A stretch of DNA of 64,000 bases from Fimbriimonadales bacterium (GCA_041744215.1 JBGTLG010000016.1:64001-128000), one strand, 5' to 3'; counted from the stretch's first letter, positions 18,522-28,797 are shown. Numbers and translations are program-made. Notes: generated from the letters alone by a model not told the origin.

Positions 18522-19838
18522 GTGGCTGAGCAAAAGTTGAGGAACCTCCCGAGCGTGGCAAATCTTCTTGCCGCGCCTGAGCTTGCCTCCGTGCCTCATC
18601 TTGTCGCAGTTGCGGCTGCTCGCGAGGCCGTAGCCACCGCCCGGAGGAATGGGACCGCCGGTGAGTCCGTTCTGGCGGAGGCGGTCGAACTCGCACGGAG
18701 GTACATGGCACCAGCCTATCGCCCCGTAATCAACTGCTCCGGCACGATCCTCAACACTGGGCTGGGTAGGGCGCGTCTCGCCCCAGACGCGGTCGCTGCA
18801 ATGGCAGCTGCTGCAAGCTCTCACTCTATTCTCGAACTGGACATGGGGTCGGGGCGGCGCGGAGACAGGCAAGAAGGTTTGCGATCGCTGATCATTCGCC
18901 TCACCGGAGCCGAGTCCGCTCTCGTTGTGAATAATAACGCTGGGGCAGTTCTCCTAACGATCAACACCTTGGCAACAGGCAAGAAAGTTCTTCTATCCCG
19001 AGGCCAGAGCGTGGAGATCGGCGGCGCATTTCGGATGCCAGATGTTGTCAAGGCTTCGGGCGCGATTCTGGTTGACGTGGGTACGACAAACAAGACGAAA
19101 GTCTCTGACTACGAGGCCGCATTCGATTCCGAGTGCGCGGTTCTGCTTCGATGCCACCCAAGCAACTTCAAAATCTCCGGATTCGTTGCAGAGCCGACAG
19201 CGGAAGACTTGGCGGGGTGCGCGAAGAAACTGAAGATTACGATGGTAGACGACGTTGGAAGCGGCAGTCTCATCGACACGGCACAATTCGGGCTGCCTCA
19301 TGAACAGACAGTTAGAGAGGCACTAGGAGCCGGCGCACACATCGTTACTGCCAGCGGGGACAAGCTACTCGGCGGTCCGCAGGCAGGACTCATCATCGGC
19401 AAGTCGAAACTCATTGCCAAGATCGCCAAGAACCCGCTGGCACGTGCCCTACGGATTGATAAAGTCACGGCGGCAGGTCTGGAAGCAACGCTGCGACTTT
19501 ATTGGGAAGGCCGAGCATTGGAGATCCCCACAATTCGCTACCTGTCGCGCACATCCGACGAGGTCAAAGTTCTGGGAGACCGACTGGCGAAACAACTTAA
19601 TGCTACTGCCGAACCAAGCATGTGCGAACCAGGAGGTGGTTCCTTACCCGGAGTGCAGATACCATCGTGGCGCGTCACGATTCGCGGGAACGCAAATGAA
19701 ATCGCAACGCGGTTCCGGACGATGCCGATCCCTGTAATCGGCTACATCGAATCCGGAGCGTTCAGGTTAGACCTTCGATGCGTCGACGAAGACGAGCTTG
19801 ATACCATCGCACGACAAGCTGCCGAGGTTTTTTCTTGA
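18522..19838 (+). CDS. selA: L-seryl-tRNA(Sec) selenium transferase
   Basis: RPVINCSGTILNTGLGRA, VVNNNAGAV, SRGQSVEIGGAFRMPD, HPSNF, SGDKLLGGPQAG and RALRIDK. Confidence 0.96.
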   Translation: MAEQKLRNLPSVANLLAAPELASVPHLVAVAAAREAVATARRNGTAGESVLAEAVELARRYMAPAYRPVINCSGTILNTGLGRARLAPDAVAAMAAAASSHSILELDMGSGRRGDRQEGLRSLIIRLTGAESALVVNNNAGAVLLTINTLATGKKVLLSRGQSVEIGGAFRMPDVVKASGAILVDVGTTNKTKVSDYEAAFDSECAVLLRCHPSNFKISGFVAEPTAEDLAGCAKKLKITMVDDVGSGSLIDTAQFGLPHEQTVREALGAGAHIVTASGDKLLGGPQAGLIIGKSKLIAKIAKNPLARALRIDKVTAAGLEATLRLYWEGRALEIPTIRYLSRTSDEVKVLGDRLAKQLNATAEPSMCEPGGGSLPGVQIPSWRVTIRGNANEIATRFRTMPIPVIGYIESGAFRLDLRCVDEDELDTIARQAAEVFS

Positions 19839-20413
19839 GAGACAAAGCGCTTGCGATATTCAGGGATAAGTTGTCTGAACTCGAGCGACACAATCCATGG
19901 CGTAAAGGCCACGGTGAACGCGTCGCCTCCCATGCCGTTGCGACGGCGCACAAGTTGGGTTTTGACGACGAGCAGCTCTTTGCGATTCGCATTGCCTCGG
20001 CGCTACACGATTATGGGAAGCTCAGGATAGCGGTCGATGTTCTTGAATCGCCTGATGCCATCGAGACTAGTCAGCTTGTCGAGATCCGTGGATGGGTAGT
20101 CGGTGTCGGTGCAGAGCTGGCGAGAGAAGTTGGGATCGAGGCGATCGATTCTTGCATCTCCTGCCAGTACGAACGTTTTGACGGGTTGGGATTTCCGGGT
20201 ACCTCAAAGGGGAAGCGGCTTCCTGTCGCAGCGCAGACTATCGCTGTCTGTACTGCGTTTGACGTAATGACGCATATCCAACCCTGGAAGCGTGCAAAAT
20301 CCGAAGAGGATGCGCTCGCAGAGTTGAATCGCAACTCAGGTACCCAGTTCGACCCTGCCGTTGTTGCGGCGTTCTCTTTGGTTCAGCCTCTCATAACTCC
20401 GGTGGAGCTTTAG
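19835..20413 (+). CDS. HD-GYP domain protein (partly degenerate)
   Basis: HGERVA, LHDYGK, QYERFDGLGFP and GTQFDPAVV. Confidence 0.85.
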   Translation: MRDKALAIFRDKLSELERHNPWRKGHGERVASHAVATAHKLGFDDEQLFAIRIASALHDYGKLRIAVDVLESPDAIETSQLVEIRGWVVGVGAELAREVGIEAIDSCISCQYERFDGLGFPGTSKGKRLPVAAQTIAVCTAFDVMTHIQPWKRAKSEEDALAELNRNSGTQFDPAVVAAFSLVQPLITPVEL

Positions 20414-20417
20414 GTCA

Positions 20418-21215
20418 GTGTTCTCCGAATCTTTCAGCGAAGCATGGCGAATGCGCTACGGTTCGGATCCACCGATCGAGGCACCCGATCTTTCAGCGGC
20501 GCTTCGCCATCGAAGCGTTCGCTCATTCTCTCGCACGCCGATCGACGAATCGACGGTCGCAACGCTAGTGGCAGCTGCGCAATCTGCAGCAACGAGCAGC
20601 AATCTTCAGCTGTGGTCATTGATTAGCGTGCATGAGCCAGAGCGAAGGGATGCGATCGCAAAGCTCTGCGCGGATCAGGATCAGGTCCGTGATGCCGCGT
20701 GGTTCTTCGCCTTCATCGCCGACCACTATCGGCTCCGTAAAGCCGCTCTCAACTCTGGCGAGAATCCACTGGGTCTTGATTACTTAGAGTTCTTTACTAT
20801 GTCAGTGATCGATGCCTCGATCGCAGCAGAGCGAATGGTATGCGCAGCCGAGAGTCTCGGCATGGGAATCTGTTACATTGGAGCGCTACGCAACAATCCA
20901 GCTGCCGTCGCTGACTTACTTGGTCTGCCCCCAGGAACGTTTGGAGTGTTCGGCTTATGTCTTGGGTGGCCAGACGAAGAAGCCCGACCGGAAATCAAAC
21001 CCAGACTCGCGCAACAAAGCCTGTGGTTTCGCGAACGTTACAACCCAGACGTAACCGTAGGCGATTACGATGCGCGGATGCAGTCGTTCTACGAATCGCA
21101 GGGCATGAGTACGAACTTCTCTTGGTCCTCCCGATCGGGACGACGGACAAACGCGCTGACGGGACGCGAGGTCCTCAAAGAGTGGCTCGAAGGGCAGGGG
21201 TTCAATCTCCGTTAG
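20418..21215 (+). CDS. NfsA/FRP-like NADPH-dependent nitroreductase
   Basis: HRSVRSF, AATSSNLQ, AAESLGMGICYIGALRN and KPRL. Confidence 0.92.
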   Translation: MFSESFSEAWRMRYGSDPPIEAPDLSAALRHRSVRSFSRTPIDESTVATLVAAAQSAATSSNLQLWSLISVHEPERRDAIAKLCADQDQVRDAAWFFAFIADHYRLRKAALNSGENPLGLDYLEFFTMSVIDASIAAERMVCAAESLGMGICYIGALRNNPAAVADLLGLPPGTFGVFGLCLGWPDEEARPEIKPRLAQQSLWFRERYNPDVTVGDYDARMQSFYESQGMSTNFSWSSRSGRRTNALTGREVLKEWLEGQGFNLR

Positions 21216-21724
21216 CGTCGCTTATAGTTCACCCGAACGACAACCGAATCGGCGCGCCGAACGAAAGGTGGCAGATCGGGGAACACCGCCTGGTCGCCTT
21301 GACCGTTAAACTCTGGAAAGGCTGCTTCCTTTAGAATCAGCACTTGTAGCTTTGCGCCGGTGTGCTCCCAAACGCCACCGCGCGTTATCGGAGGTTGCAT
21401 GGAAGGATCCACACGTTCGAGCTCCAGCTTTGCTATCTCGACGATTTTGTCAAACGCAACTTGAACAGTGAACACCTCCCAATAGGCGATCGGCGAGTCA
21501 CCGTCGATTGGTGGCGCAACCCGCGCAGGTATTGCACCACCGAGAAACTCGAATGAGATTCTGTCGACGCCAGTTCGTTGAAAAAGCACCTCGCGCCGGT
21601 CTTTTATTCTCGCCGTCTCCTTGAAAACCCAAACGACGCCCCCAAGTGTGAGCAGCGTAAAAAACACGGCGCACCCGAGCACGAGCTTTCGCCCACTAAG
21701 CCCCGGTTTGTCCATTACTTTCAT
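21212..21724 (-). CDS. hypothetical membrane-anchored protein
   Basis: N-terminal TM segment; ATGA overlap with the XdhC gene stop. Confidence 0.65.
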   Translation of the reverse strand: MKVMDKPGLSGRKLVLGCAVFFTLLTLGGVVWVFKETARIKDRREVLFQRTGVDRISFEFLGGAIPARVAPPIDGDSPIAYWEVFTVQVAFDKIVEIAKLELERVDPSMQPPITRGGVWEHTGAKLQVLILKEAAFPEFNGQGDQAVFPDLPPFVRRADSVVVRVNYKRR

Positions 21725-22725
21725 GTCTGTTTCACTTTTTGTCCACAGCGCGCGAGGATCGGGCCTCGTTTGGCTGCCCGCACCTGAATCCACTCTGCCG
21801 CTATGCTTATCGCAATCTCTTCGACCGTTTCTGCACCTATGTCCACGCCCATGGGTGAAAGTACATTAGCGAACTCTTCGTCTGTACATACTCCCTCTTC
21901 GATCAATCCTTTTCGAACCATTTCGCGCTTGCGCTTGCTCCCGATCATGCCCAAGTAAGCGCGATCTTTGTGAATCAGCTCCCGGATCACACGAGCGTCG
22001 TTGCGATGACCGCGTGTCACCAAACACAGGTAAGTGTCTTGATCGCTAACGAAGTCTCGCGCATACACTTCCGGTTTTTGGCAGATGCGGTGGTGTGCAA
22101 ACATCATCCTCGTCTCATTCACGAACTCAGGCCGATCATCGATGACCGTCACTTCGAACCCAAGATCTGCTCCTATTCGGCAGAGTTCTCTGCCAATGTG
22201 TCCCCCGCCGAAGACAACGAGCTTCTCCGGCGGCAGGCTTGGCTCGACGAAGCAACGTTCTTCGAGCGCTTCGCGTCGGTGCGCGATTGCTTTCAGAACG
22301 ATTGGGTCTGCGGACTCACTCTCCTGAATGAAGTTTGCGTGGCCGCTCTCTAAGTCATAGACGATCGCCCCACGCGAGGTCTGATCTGTCGCGACGCGAA
22401 AGGCGTCCGCATATGAGCCTGGATCAGGAAGCAGAAGCACTTGCACTCGGCCTCCACAGATCAAACCATCATCCCAACCAAAATCGTCATCAAGCTGGAA
22501 TTCGCGAATCAAGTGCTTGCGCGTCGCCAAAGCCTCGAGTCCAAGCCGTCGACACTCCATTTCAAGGCAGCCGCCTCCGATGGTGCCGACAATCCTTCCG
22601 TCCGGCAGAAAAATCCCCTTCGCACCCGGAACCTGCGGCGCGCTGCCGCTTTTGGCGACAACTACCGCGAGGCAGAAGGACGCGCCTTCGTCGTGGAGCT
22701 TTACCGCTTCTTGAAGAATTGACAT
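21721..22725 (-). CDS. XdhC/CoxI family molybdo-hydroxylase accessory protein
   Basis: GSAPQVPGA, GTIGGGCLE, GLICGG, FGGGHI, VTRGH, YLGMIGS and AETVEEIAISIAAE. Confidence 0.9.
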   Translation of the reverse strand: MSILQEAVKLHDEGASFCLAVVVAKSGSAPQVPGAKGIFLPDGRIVGTIGGGCLEMECRRLGLEALATRKHLIREFQLDDDFGWDDGLICGGRVQVLLLPDPGSYADAFRVATDQTSRGAIVYDLESGHANFIQESESADPIVLKAIAHRREALEERCFVEPSLPPEKLVVFGGGHIGRELCRIGADLGFEVTVIDDRPEFVNETRMMFAHHRICQKPEVYARDFVSDQDTYLCLVTRGHRNDARVIRELIHKDRAYLGMIGSKRKREMVRKGLIEEGVCTDEEFANVLSPMGVDIGAETVEEIAISIAAEWIQVRAAKRGPILARCGQKVKQT

Positions 22726-22742
22726 GTGTTAGTACTGATACG

Positions 22743-24551
22743 TTACCGGACAGCTTCCATCACCCGAATAGCGACGCGATGATTCCCAAAGGGCGGCATG
22801 AGATAAAGTCCTTGCGCAACCTCCCGCAACTTCGCAGCGAACTCTTGTGCGACCCCGATCCCGACTTCTTGCGCGGTCTCATCTGGCGCATTCGCCATTT
22901 TGCTTCGAAGCCAATCGGGAACTTCGATCCCCGGAACTTCGTTGTGCATGAACTCTGCGTGTCGACTTGAGCGCAGTGGCAACACCCCGATTAGAATTGG
23001 CAGGCCCACTCTGGCTGCGTGTTCTGTTGCGAACTCCAGGTGTCGATCTTCGAAGAGCGGCTGCGTATAGATGAGGTGCGCTCCCGCCTCCACCTTACGT
23101 GAGAGCCGATCGACTTCGAATGGCAAATCTTGCGCTGCCGGGTTGAAGGCGACTGCAATGGTGAATGCGCACTTCTTTCCCAGCGTGTTGCCCGCCATGT
23201 CTCGGCCCTCATTGAATCTGGCCAGCACGCGCACAAGGCCGATCGAGTCGATGTCGAACACGCTCGTTGCGCTGGGAAAATCGCCGATATTCGCGGGATC
23301 ACCCGTGACGGGAAGGACGTTTCGTATGCCAAGGGCGTGCGCGCCAAGCATGTCGCTTTGCAGTGCGAGCAGGTTTCTGTCTCGACAAGCGACATGCATC
23401 ATCACTTCGATACCCACCTCGTTTTGAATGATTGAAGAGATCGACACAGGACTCATTCGCAAGCGAGCCCGTGCGCCATCGCTTATATCGATAAGATCAC
23501 ATCCTGCCGCGTGAAGCGCCTTCGCACCTCCAAGCACCTTGGAGGTGTCTAATCCCCGAGGCAGATCTAGTTCGACAGTCGTTACGAACTTACCAGCAAA
23601 AAGTTTGGCCCGAAGCGCGCTAGGCTCGCAGTCTTCGAGAGGCGCTTTGTCTGCGGCTTCCCTGGCGCGGACATGCGATCGTTTTCGAGGAGCCCGATCG
23701 GCGAGCGCATCTCGAAGGCCGCCGATATGTTGAGAGGCAACGCCGCAACACCCACCGATGAGATTGCAGCCCGCCTCAGCGAGGCGCGCCGCCGCTTTGC
23801 CGAAGTACTCGGGTGTCACATCATAGATGGGTGATTTCTTAACCAGCTGAGGCATCCCTGGCGTTGGCATCGCAAGTATTGGAACATCCCCCGCTTCGCT
23901 CATCCATCGAACGATGTCGTACATTCGTTGGGGACCGACGACGCAGTTTGCGCCTACCACGTCCGCGCCCCACTCGATCATCATTCTCGCGACTCTTAAT
24001 GGAAATCCCTCTGCTAACGTCTCACCATCTTCTATGAAGCTCTTTGAGGCGATCACCGGGAGACTTGTTACGGACTTCGTTGCCCGGATGGCGATCTCCA
24101 ATTCTTGAAGGTCACTGAACGACTCAAGAATGATCGCATCCGCGCCACCCTCCGCGAGAGCTTTCGCTTGGACCAAGAACTGATGTTCGGCGTCAAGCAG
24201 ATCAACAGGTCCCAGCGGCGCAAGTGGTTTGCCGCAGGGGCTAATCGCGCCGAGGACAAAGCGGTCGCCTGCGGCTGCGCGAGCGATTTTGATTCCAGCA
24301 AGACACACCTCTGCCGGATCCGCGTCGCTTCCATGCAACCTAAGACGGACCTGATTCGCCCAAAAAGTGTTTGTCTCGATTGCGTCAGCACCTGCATCCA
24401 AGAACTCTTTGTGAACCTTATGCACAAGTTCGGGCGCCTCGATGTTCGCAAGCGAATATGGCATTCGCTGGAAGCCGAGGTCAGACAAACGCGATCCCAT
24501 CGCACCGTCGATGATGAGGATTCGTTCTCGAAGAGCGTCGAGAAGTTGCAT
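22743..24551 (-). CDS. yitJ: bifunctional homocysteine S-methyltransferase / methylenetetrahydrofolate reductase
   Basis: IIDGAMG, ETNTF, GANC and IGGCCG, followed by an MTHFR domain (VELDLP, HVACRDRN, TGDP, TQP, LMPPF). Confidence 0.92.
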   Translation of the reverse strand: MQLLDALRERILIIDGAMGSRLSDLGFQRMPYSLANIEAPELVHKVHKEFLDAGADAIETNTFWANQVRLRLHGSDADPAEVCLAGIKIARAAAGDRFVLGAISPCGKPLAPLGPVDLLDAEHQFLVQAKALAEGGADAIILESFSDLQELEIAIRATKSVTSLPVIASKSFIEDGETLAEGFPLRVARMMIEWGADVVGANCVVGPQRMYDIVRWMSEAGDVPILAMPTPGMPQLVKKSPIYDVTPEYFGKAAARLAEAGCNLIGGCCGVASQHIGGLRDALADRAPRKRSHVRAREAADKAPLEDCEPSALRAKLFAGKFVTTVELDLPRGLDTSKVLGGAKALHAAGCDLIDISDGARARLRMSPVSISSIIQNEVGIEVMMHVACRDRNLLALQSDMLGAHALGIRNVLPVTGDPANIGDFPSATSVFDIDSIGLVRVLARFNEGRDMAGNTLGKKCAFTIAVAFNPAAQDLPFEVDRLSRKVEAGAHLIYTQPLFEDRHLEFATEHAARVGLPILIGVLPLRSSRHAEFMHNEVPGIEVPDWLRSKMANAPDETAQEVGIGVAQEFAAKLREVAQGLYLMPPFGNHRVAIRVMEAVR

Positions 24552-24749
24552 CGGGAGTGTGATTATGGCGGATGCAGGGCCAGCGGGTCAGCGAACGGCG
24601 ATCTCCTGACCCCCAGACGATGAGGATCTTTCACAGTGCAAGTTCGCTTCACAGTTGAGAGCAGTCGCTTCGAGGCTCCCCCTGGCCTCGACTTGTGTTG
24701 CTCACCAGGACCAACTCACTAGAATCTTAAACCAGATATCATAGATGCT

Positions 24750-25481
24750 GTGCCGCCACTGCAGAAGATATCGACTCACGAACCCGTCTCTCAACTCCGT
24801 CGTGTGAAGATCGTTGAAGCTGGCGAGTCGCTCGTCGACTACCACGATGCTTGTCCAGAGTTGGTGCGCGACGCACCCGTTTGGGTTTACACCCGCGAGT
24901 CGCTACTCCGGAAGTCTGTTGCGGAAAAACTTGCTGTCGCCGCGCGCAGTTTGCCTAAAGGGTATCGATTGCTTGTGCTGGAGGGTTGGCGTCCAATTCA
25001 CATTCAGCGTCGCATGTGGCTTGGCGCATATCGCCGATGGCAGGAGAAGCATCCAGACTGGTCGCACGCGGCGCTCAAGAGATTGACGAATCGCTTCACT
25101 GCGCCGTTGGATGCGAAAGTCCCTCCGCCTCACACAACCGGCGCAGCAATTGATTTGCGACTCGGTGATGAACGTGGGCAGCCGCTCGACATGCGTTCAC
25201 CATTCGGTTCGTTTGATAAGCACATGTTTCCGTTCGATGCGAGAGGCCTCAGCGCGACATCTCAAAAGCACCGCATGATTTTGAAAGAAGCGATGGAGAG
25301 CGTCGGCATTACTAACTATCCCAGCGAGTATTGGCATTGGAGTTACGGAGATCAAGGATGGGCTTATCGCGGCGGACACCCCCATGCGCTGTACGGGCAG
25401 ATCGAGCCTGCCGGCTACAAACCGAAGCCAGACGATGACAACGAAGAACCGCTCGTTTGGACTGCTGACGACACCTGGTGA
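24750..25481 (+). CDS. D-Ala-D-Ala dipeptidase (VanX/DdpX, M15 family)
   Basis: EGWRP, PPHTTGAAIDL and NYPSEYWHWSYGD. Confidence 0.9.
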   Translation: MPPLQKISTHEPVSQLRRVKIVEAGESLVDYHDACPELVRDAPVWVYTRESLLRKSVAEKLAVAARSLPKGYRLLVLEGWRPIHIQRRMWLGAYRRWQEKHPDWSHAALKRLTNRFTAPLDAKVPPPHTTGAAIDLRLGDERGQPLDMRSPFGSFDKHMFPFDARGLSATSQKHRMILKEAMESVGITNYPSEYWHWSYGDQGWAYRGGHPHALYGQIEPAGYKPKPDDDNEEPLVWTADDTW

Positions 25482-25592
25482 AGCGGGTCAAGGCCGTCAA
25501 TGCAAGAGAATTGATCGCCACCTTCCGTCGTTCGTGATCTCAAAGCACCTTGTCGCCCACATCCAATCGAGGGTGGCGAGTAGACTCAGCGA

Positions 25593-26120
25593 ATGAGCTT
25601 TGGATGGGAAGGTGAGAAAGTTAGGCTTGTTCCAATAGATCGCGAGCGGCACATGGAAAACTGCTATCAATGGCTAAACGATCCGGAAGTTACGCAGTTC
25701 TTGAAGATAGGAGACTTCCCTTTGTCGAGATTAGCGGAGCGTGACTTCTTCGACAGGATGGAAAAGTGCTCGGAAACCGATGTTGTTTTTGCGATCGAGA
25801 CGTTGGACGGGGATCACATTGGAATGAGTGGTCTTCATGGGATTTCGTTTCGACACAGTCGCGCCATGACAGGCACGTTCATCGGAGACAAAACGTTTTG
25901 GAACAAGGGCTTTGGCACTGACGCAGCGATTGCCCGCACGAAGTATGCCTTCGAGGTGTTGGGGTTGCGACTTCTTTGGAGCGGAGTCTATGGATCGAAT
26001 GAGCGGTCGATTGCTATGTTAAAGCGCGCAGGATATCGGGAGATTGGCCGAATCCCTGGATACTGGTGGAAACGCGGGAAGTGGGAGGACGAAGTGCTGA
26101 TGGTCGCGGAGAGACCATAA
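25593..26120 (+). CDS. GNAT N-acetyltransferase (RimJ/RimL type)
   Basis: WLNDPEV, FWNKGFGT, YAFEVLGL and NERSI. Confidence 0.9.
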   Translation: MSFGWEGEKVRLVPIDRERHMENCYQWLNDPEVTQFLKIGDFPLSRLAERDFFDRMEKCSETDVVFAIETLDGDHIGMSGLHGISFRHSRAMTGTFIGDKTFWNKGFGTDAAIARTKYAFEVLGLRLLWSGVYGSNERSIAMLKRAGYREIGRIPGYWWKRGKWEDEVLMVAERP

Positions 26121-26144
26121 CTCAAGCCTAACCGTCTTTAGAGC

Positions 26145-26579
26145 ATGATCACGAACTATGCGCACGACATCATCGCGGCGGCTTACTTTGGGTTCTTCGG
26201 CATCCTTTTCTTGCAGTCAGGCTTCGACAAGCTTTTAGATCGAAAAGGAAATCTCGAGTGGATGGAGCCTCATTTTGAGAAGAGTCCGTTTCGGGGGAAG
26301 GTTGCTGGACTATTGACCGCTTTAACGTTGTTAGAGTTGGCGACGTGTGTCATGTCGTTCGTTTCGATTTTTCTCGTGTTCTTCGCAAAAGGGCCTGACG
26401 CGATCACGTTGACGCTCGCGCTGATCCTGGGGACGCTGCTGTCGTTGTTTGGCGGTCAGCGGTTTGCGAAGGACTATGCAGGGGCTGGGACGTTGACGGC
26501 GTACTTTGCCGTCGCGTTAATCGGGGCCGCTTGGATCGTCGGTCCGGTGCTGGGCTACATCCTTTCCAGAAACTCGTGA
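26145..26579 (+). CDS. DoxX-like membrane protein
   Basis: LFLQSGFDK..D.KGNLEW..HF and FGGQRFAKDYAGA; 4 TM segments. Confidence 0.78.
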   Translation: MITNYAHDIIAAAYFGFFGILFLQSGFDKLLDRKGNLEWMEPHFEKSPFRGKVAGLLTALTLLELATCVMSFVSIFLVFFAKGPDAITLTLALILGTLLSLFGGQRFAKDYAGAGTLTAYFAVALIGAAWIVGPVLGYILSRNS

Positions 26580-26610
26580 ATAGTATAGGTCTGTCCGGGT
26601 AACATCACGT

Positions 26611-28086
26611 ATGGCCGTGCTTCAAGAGCGACTTAGCTTCGACGACGTTCTCCTCTTACCCAAGCGCACCGAGGTGATGCCCCACCAGGTTGACACTTCA
26701 ACCGAGCTTTTGCCGGGCGTCCGGCTTAACCTTCCATTTGTGTCGAGTCCTATGGACACTGTCACAGAGGCGCGGATGGCGATTGCGATGGCTCGTGAGG
26801 GCGGCGTCGGCGTGCTCCATCGCAACCTCGGAATCGACGATCAAGCCATCATGGTCGACCGCGTGAAGCGGAGCGAGCACGGTGTTATCACTAACCCCGT
26901 CAGCCTGCTCCCAAATCAAACGATCCAAGAGGCGCTGGCTGTGATGGAGCGGTACCACATCAGCGGGGTTCCGATAACGGACGAAAGCGGCAAGCTCGTG
27001 GGCATCTTGACTAACCGGGACATTCGGTTTGAGACAGAGTTCAACAAACCGATTCGTGATCGGATGACGTCGGACAAACTCGTTACCGGCCCGGTTGGTA
27101 CAACTCTCGAGCTCGCGGAAAAGAAGCTCCAGGAACATCGAATCGAAAAGCTACCGCTCGTCGATGACGACGGAAACTTGCGCGGGCTAATCACCATCAA
27201 AGACATCCTAAAAATCAAGCAGTTTCCAAATGCGACGAAGGACGCGAAGGGACGGCTTTGCGTTGGCGCGGCGATTGGCGCGATTCGCGAGCCGTACGAA
27301 CGAGCGAAAGCGCTGCTGGAGGCCGGTGTCGATTTCGTTGTGATTGATGCAGCTCATGGGCATAGCCGGGGCGTGATGGATTGCGTCAAGATGTTGAAAG
27401 AGAGATTGCCGGACCTGCGCGTGGTCGCAGGAAACGTAGTTGATCGCAGCGGCGTTTGCGAACTCGCATCGCTGGGAGCCGACTGTCTGCGGATTGGGAT
27501 AGGCGCGGGTTCCATTTGCACTACGCGTGTCGTTGCTGGTGTCGGCGTGCCGCAACTCTCTGCGGTCATGGAATGCGCAGATGCAGCTGGCGAGCTCGGG
27601 ATCCCCACGATTGCGGACGGCGGTGTTAGGACAAGCGGAGACATTGTCAAGTCGCTGGCAGCGGGATCGAGCGCGGTAATGATGGGCAACATGTTCGCGG
27701 GGTGCGACGAGAGCCCTGGGGAAATCGAGATGTATCGGAACCGCGCCTACAAGGTCTACCGGGGCATGGGTTCGATTGGGGCAATGCGGCTGGGGAGCAG
27801 CGACCGGTACTTCGCAATCAAGGAGACTGGCACGATGGTGCCGGAAGGAGTGGAGGGGCGCGTTCCCTACAAAGGGCCACTACACGAAATCATCGCTCAG
27901 CTTGGAGGCGGGTTGCGCTCTGGTATGGGCTACGTTGGAGCTGAGTCGCTTTCGGCGCTCCGCGAACGTGCTGAATTCATCAAGATCACCAACGCTGGCT
28001 TGCGAGAGTCTCACCCGCACGATGTTTGGATTACTAAGGAACCGCCGAACTACACCAGCCCGTCGTTTGGCAGCGACACCGAGTAG
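26611..28086 (+). CDS. guaB: IMP dehydrogenase
   Basis: [19 protein letters not shown] pair, [17 protein letters not shown] and PEGVEG. Confidence 0.98.
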   Translation: MAVLQERLSFDDVLLLPKRTEVMPHQVDTSTELLPGVRLNLPFVSSPMDTVTEARMAIAMAREGGVGVLHRNLGIDDQAIMVDRVKRSEHGVITNPVSLLPNQTIQEALAVMERYHISGVPITDESGKLVGILTNRDIRFETEFNKPIRDRMTSDKLVTGPVGTTLELAEKKLQEHRIEKLPLVDDDGNLRGLITIKDILKIKQFPNATKDAKGRLCVGAAIGAIREPYERAKALLEAGVDFVVIDAAHGHSRGVMDCVKMLKERLPDLRVVAGNVVDRSGVCELASLGADCLRIGIGAGSICTTRVVAGVGVPQLSAVMECADAAGELGIPTIADGGVRTSGDIVKSLAAGSSAVMMGNMFAGCDESPGEIEMYRNRAYKVYRGMGSIGAMRLGSSDRYFAIKETGTMVPEGVEGRVPYKGPLHEIIAQLGGGLRSGMGYVGAESLSALRERAEFIKITNAGLRESHPHDVWITKEPPNYTSPSFGSDTE

Positions 28087-28131
28087 CGAGATTTGATTTC
28101 TCGACTTGACCGAATGGTGCCTAGATCACGA

Positions 28132-28170
28132 AAAACTGTGCGCGAGCACTGATTGCTCGCGCACAGTTTT
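28132..28170. terminator. bidirectional intrinsic terminator
   Basis: AAAACTGTGCGCGAGCA-CTGAT-TGCTCGCGCACAGTTTT perfect inverted repeat between convergent genes. Confidence 0.9.
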
Positions 28171-28186
28171 ATCTTCTTACAGCGTA

Positions 28187-28797
28187 CTAGGAGTTGCGGC
28201 GACGTCGCGCGGCCAGCGCTGCGAGACCGAGGCCGACCACAGCGAGTGTCGCGGGCTCGGGTACCACCTCGTAGTGGACGTTGCCAGCGAATGTGCGCTG
28301 CTCAAATCTCGTTCCGCCGAACGCGACGGTGCTCACGCGAGAAACATTGCTGAACAATCGCAAGTCAGCATTCTCCCAAAGCTCTTGAGGAGGGTTTGCC
28401 GCAGTGCCGGTGTACCTAATGCCTCCTGTCGCAGTTGCTTGAAGGTAGACACCCTTTACTTGCCCGGCGGTCAACTCGAGCTGTGTCGTAAGCACGAGGG
28501 GATCGAGAACAAACGTTCCCTGACGCGTGCCCACCACAGTCTGAGTTAAGGTCCACCCAGCGCTGCTTCCATCGAAGCCGACGTAGGATCCTGGTCTCGT
28601 CCAAACTTCGACATTGACGGTCGTACCGATCATGCCAGTGTAGGCAACGTCGAACTGAGTCACGTACAGATCCATGGTAAGGGCCGTGAGGTCCATGAAT
28701 ATTCCGCCGCTCCCGTTGTTCGGCGGTGCGGTTGACAGAATCCCCGCAGCACCCACCCCTACAAGAGCAGCAGCAACCCAGCAAAATACTTCCTCAT
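28187..28797 (-). CDS. PEP-CTERM sorting domain protein 2 (1-nt frameshift in the signal peptide; pseudogene or sequence error)
   Basis: C-terminus VPEPATLAVVGLGLAALAARRRRNS; ATG at 28797 reads MRKYFAG then LLLLL-stop, while the main frame carries VAAALVGVGAAG. Confidence 0.8.

Noticed and set aside
24750-25481. VanX-like gene as glycopeptide resistance
   Set aside because: No vanH/vanA/vanRS nearby; a housekeeping DdpX-type role is more likely.
25478-25540. Tiny ORF MKRVKAVNARELIATFRRS resembling a HicA toxin N-terminus
   Set aside because: Only 19 codons, no GSH motif and no hicB; cannot be supported as a pseudogene.
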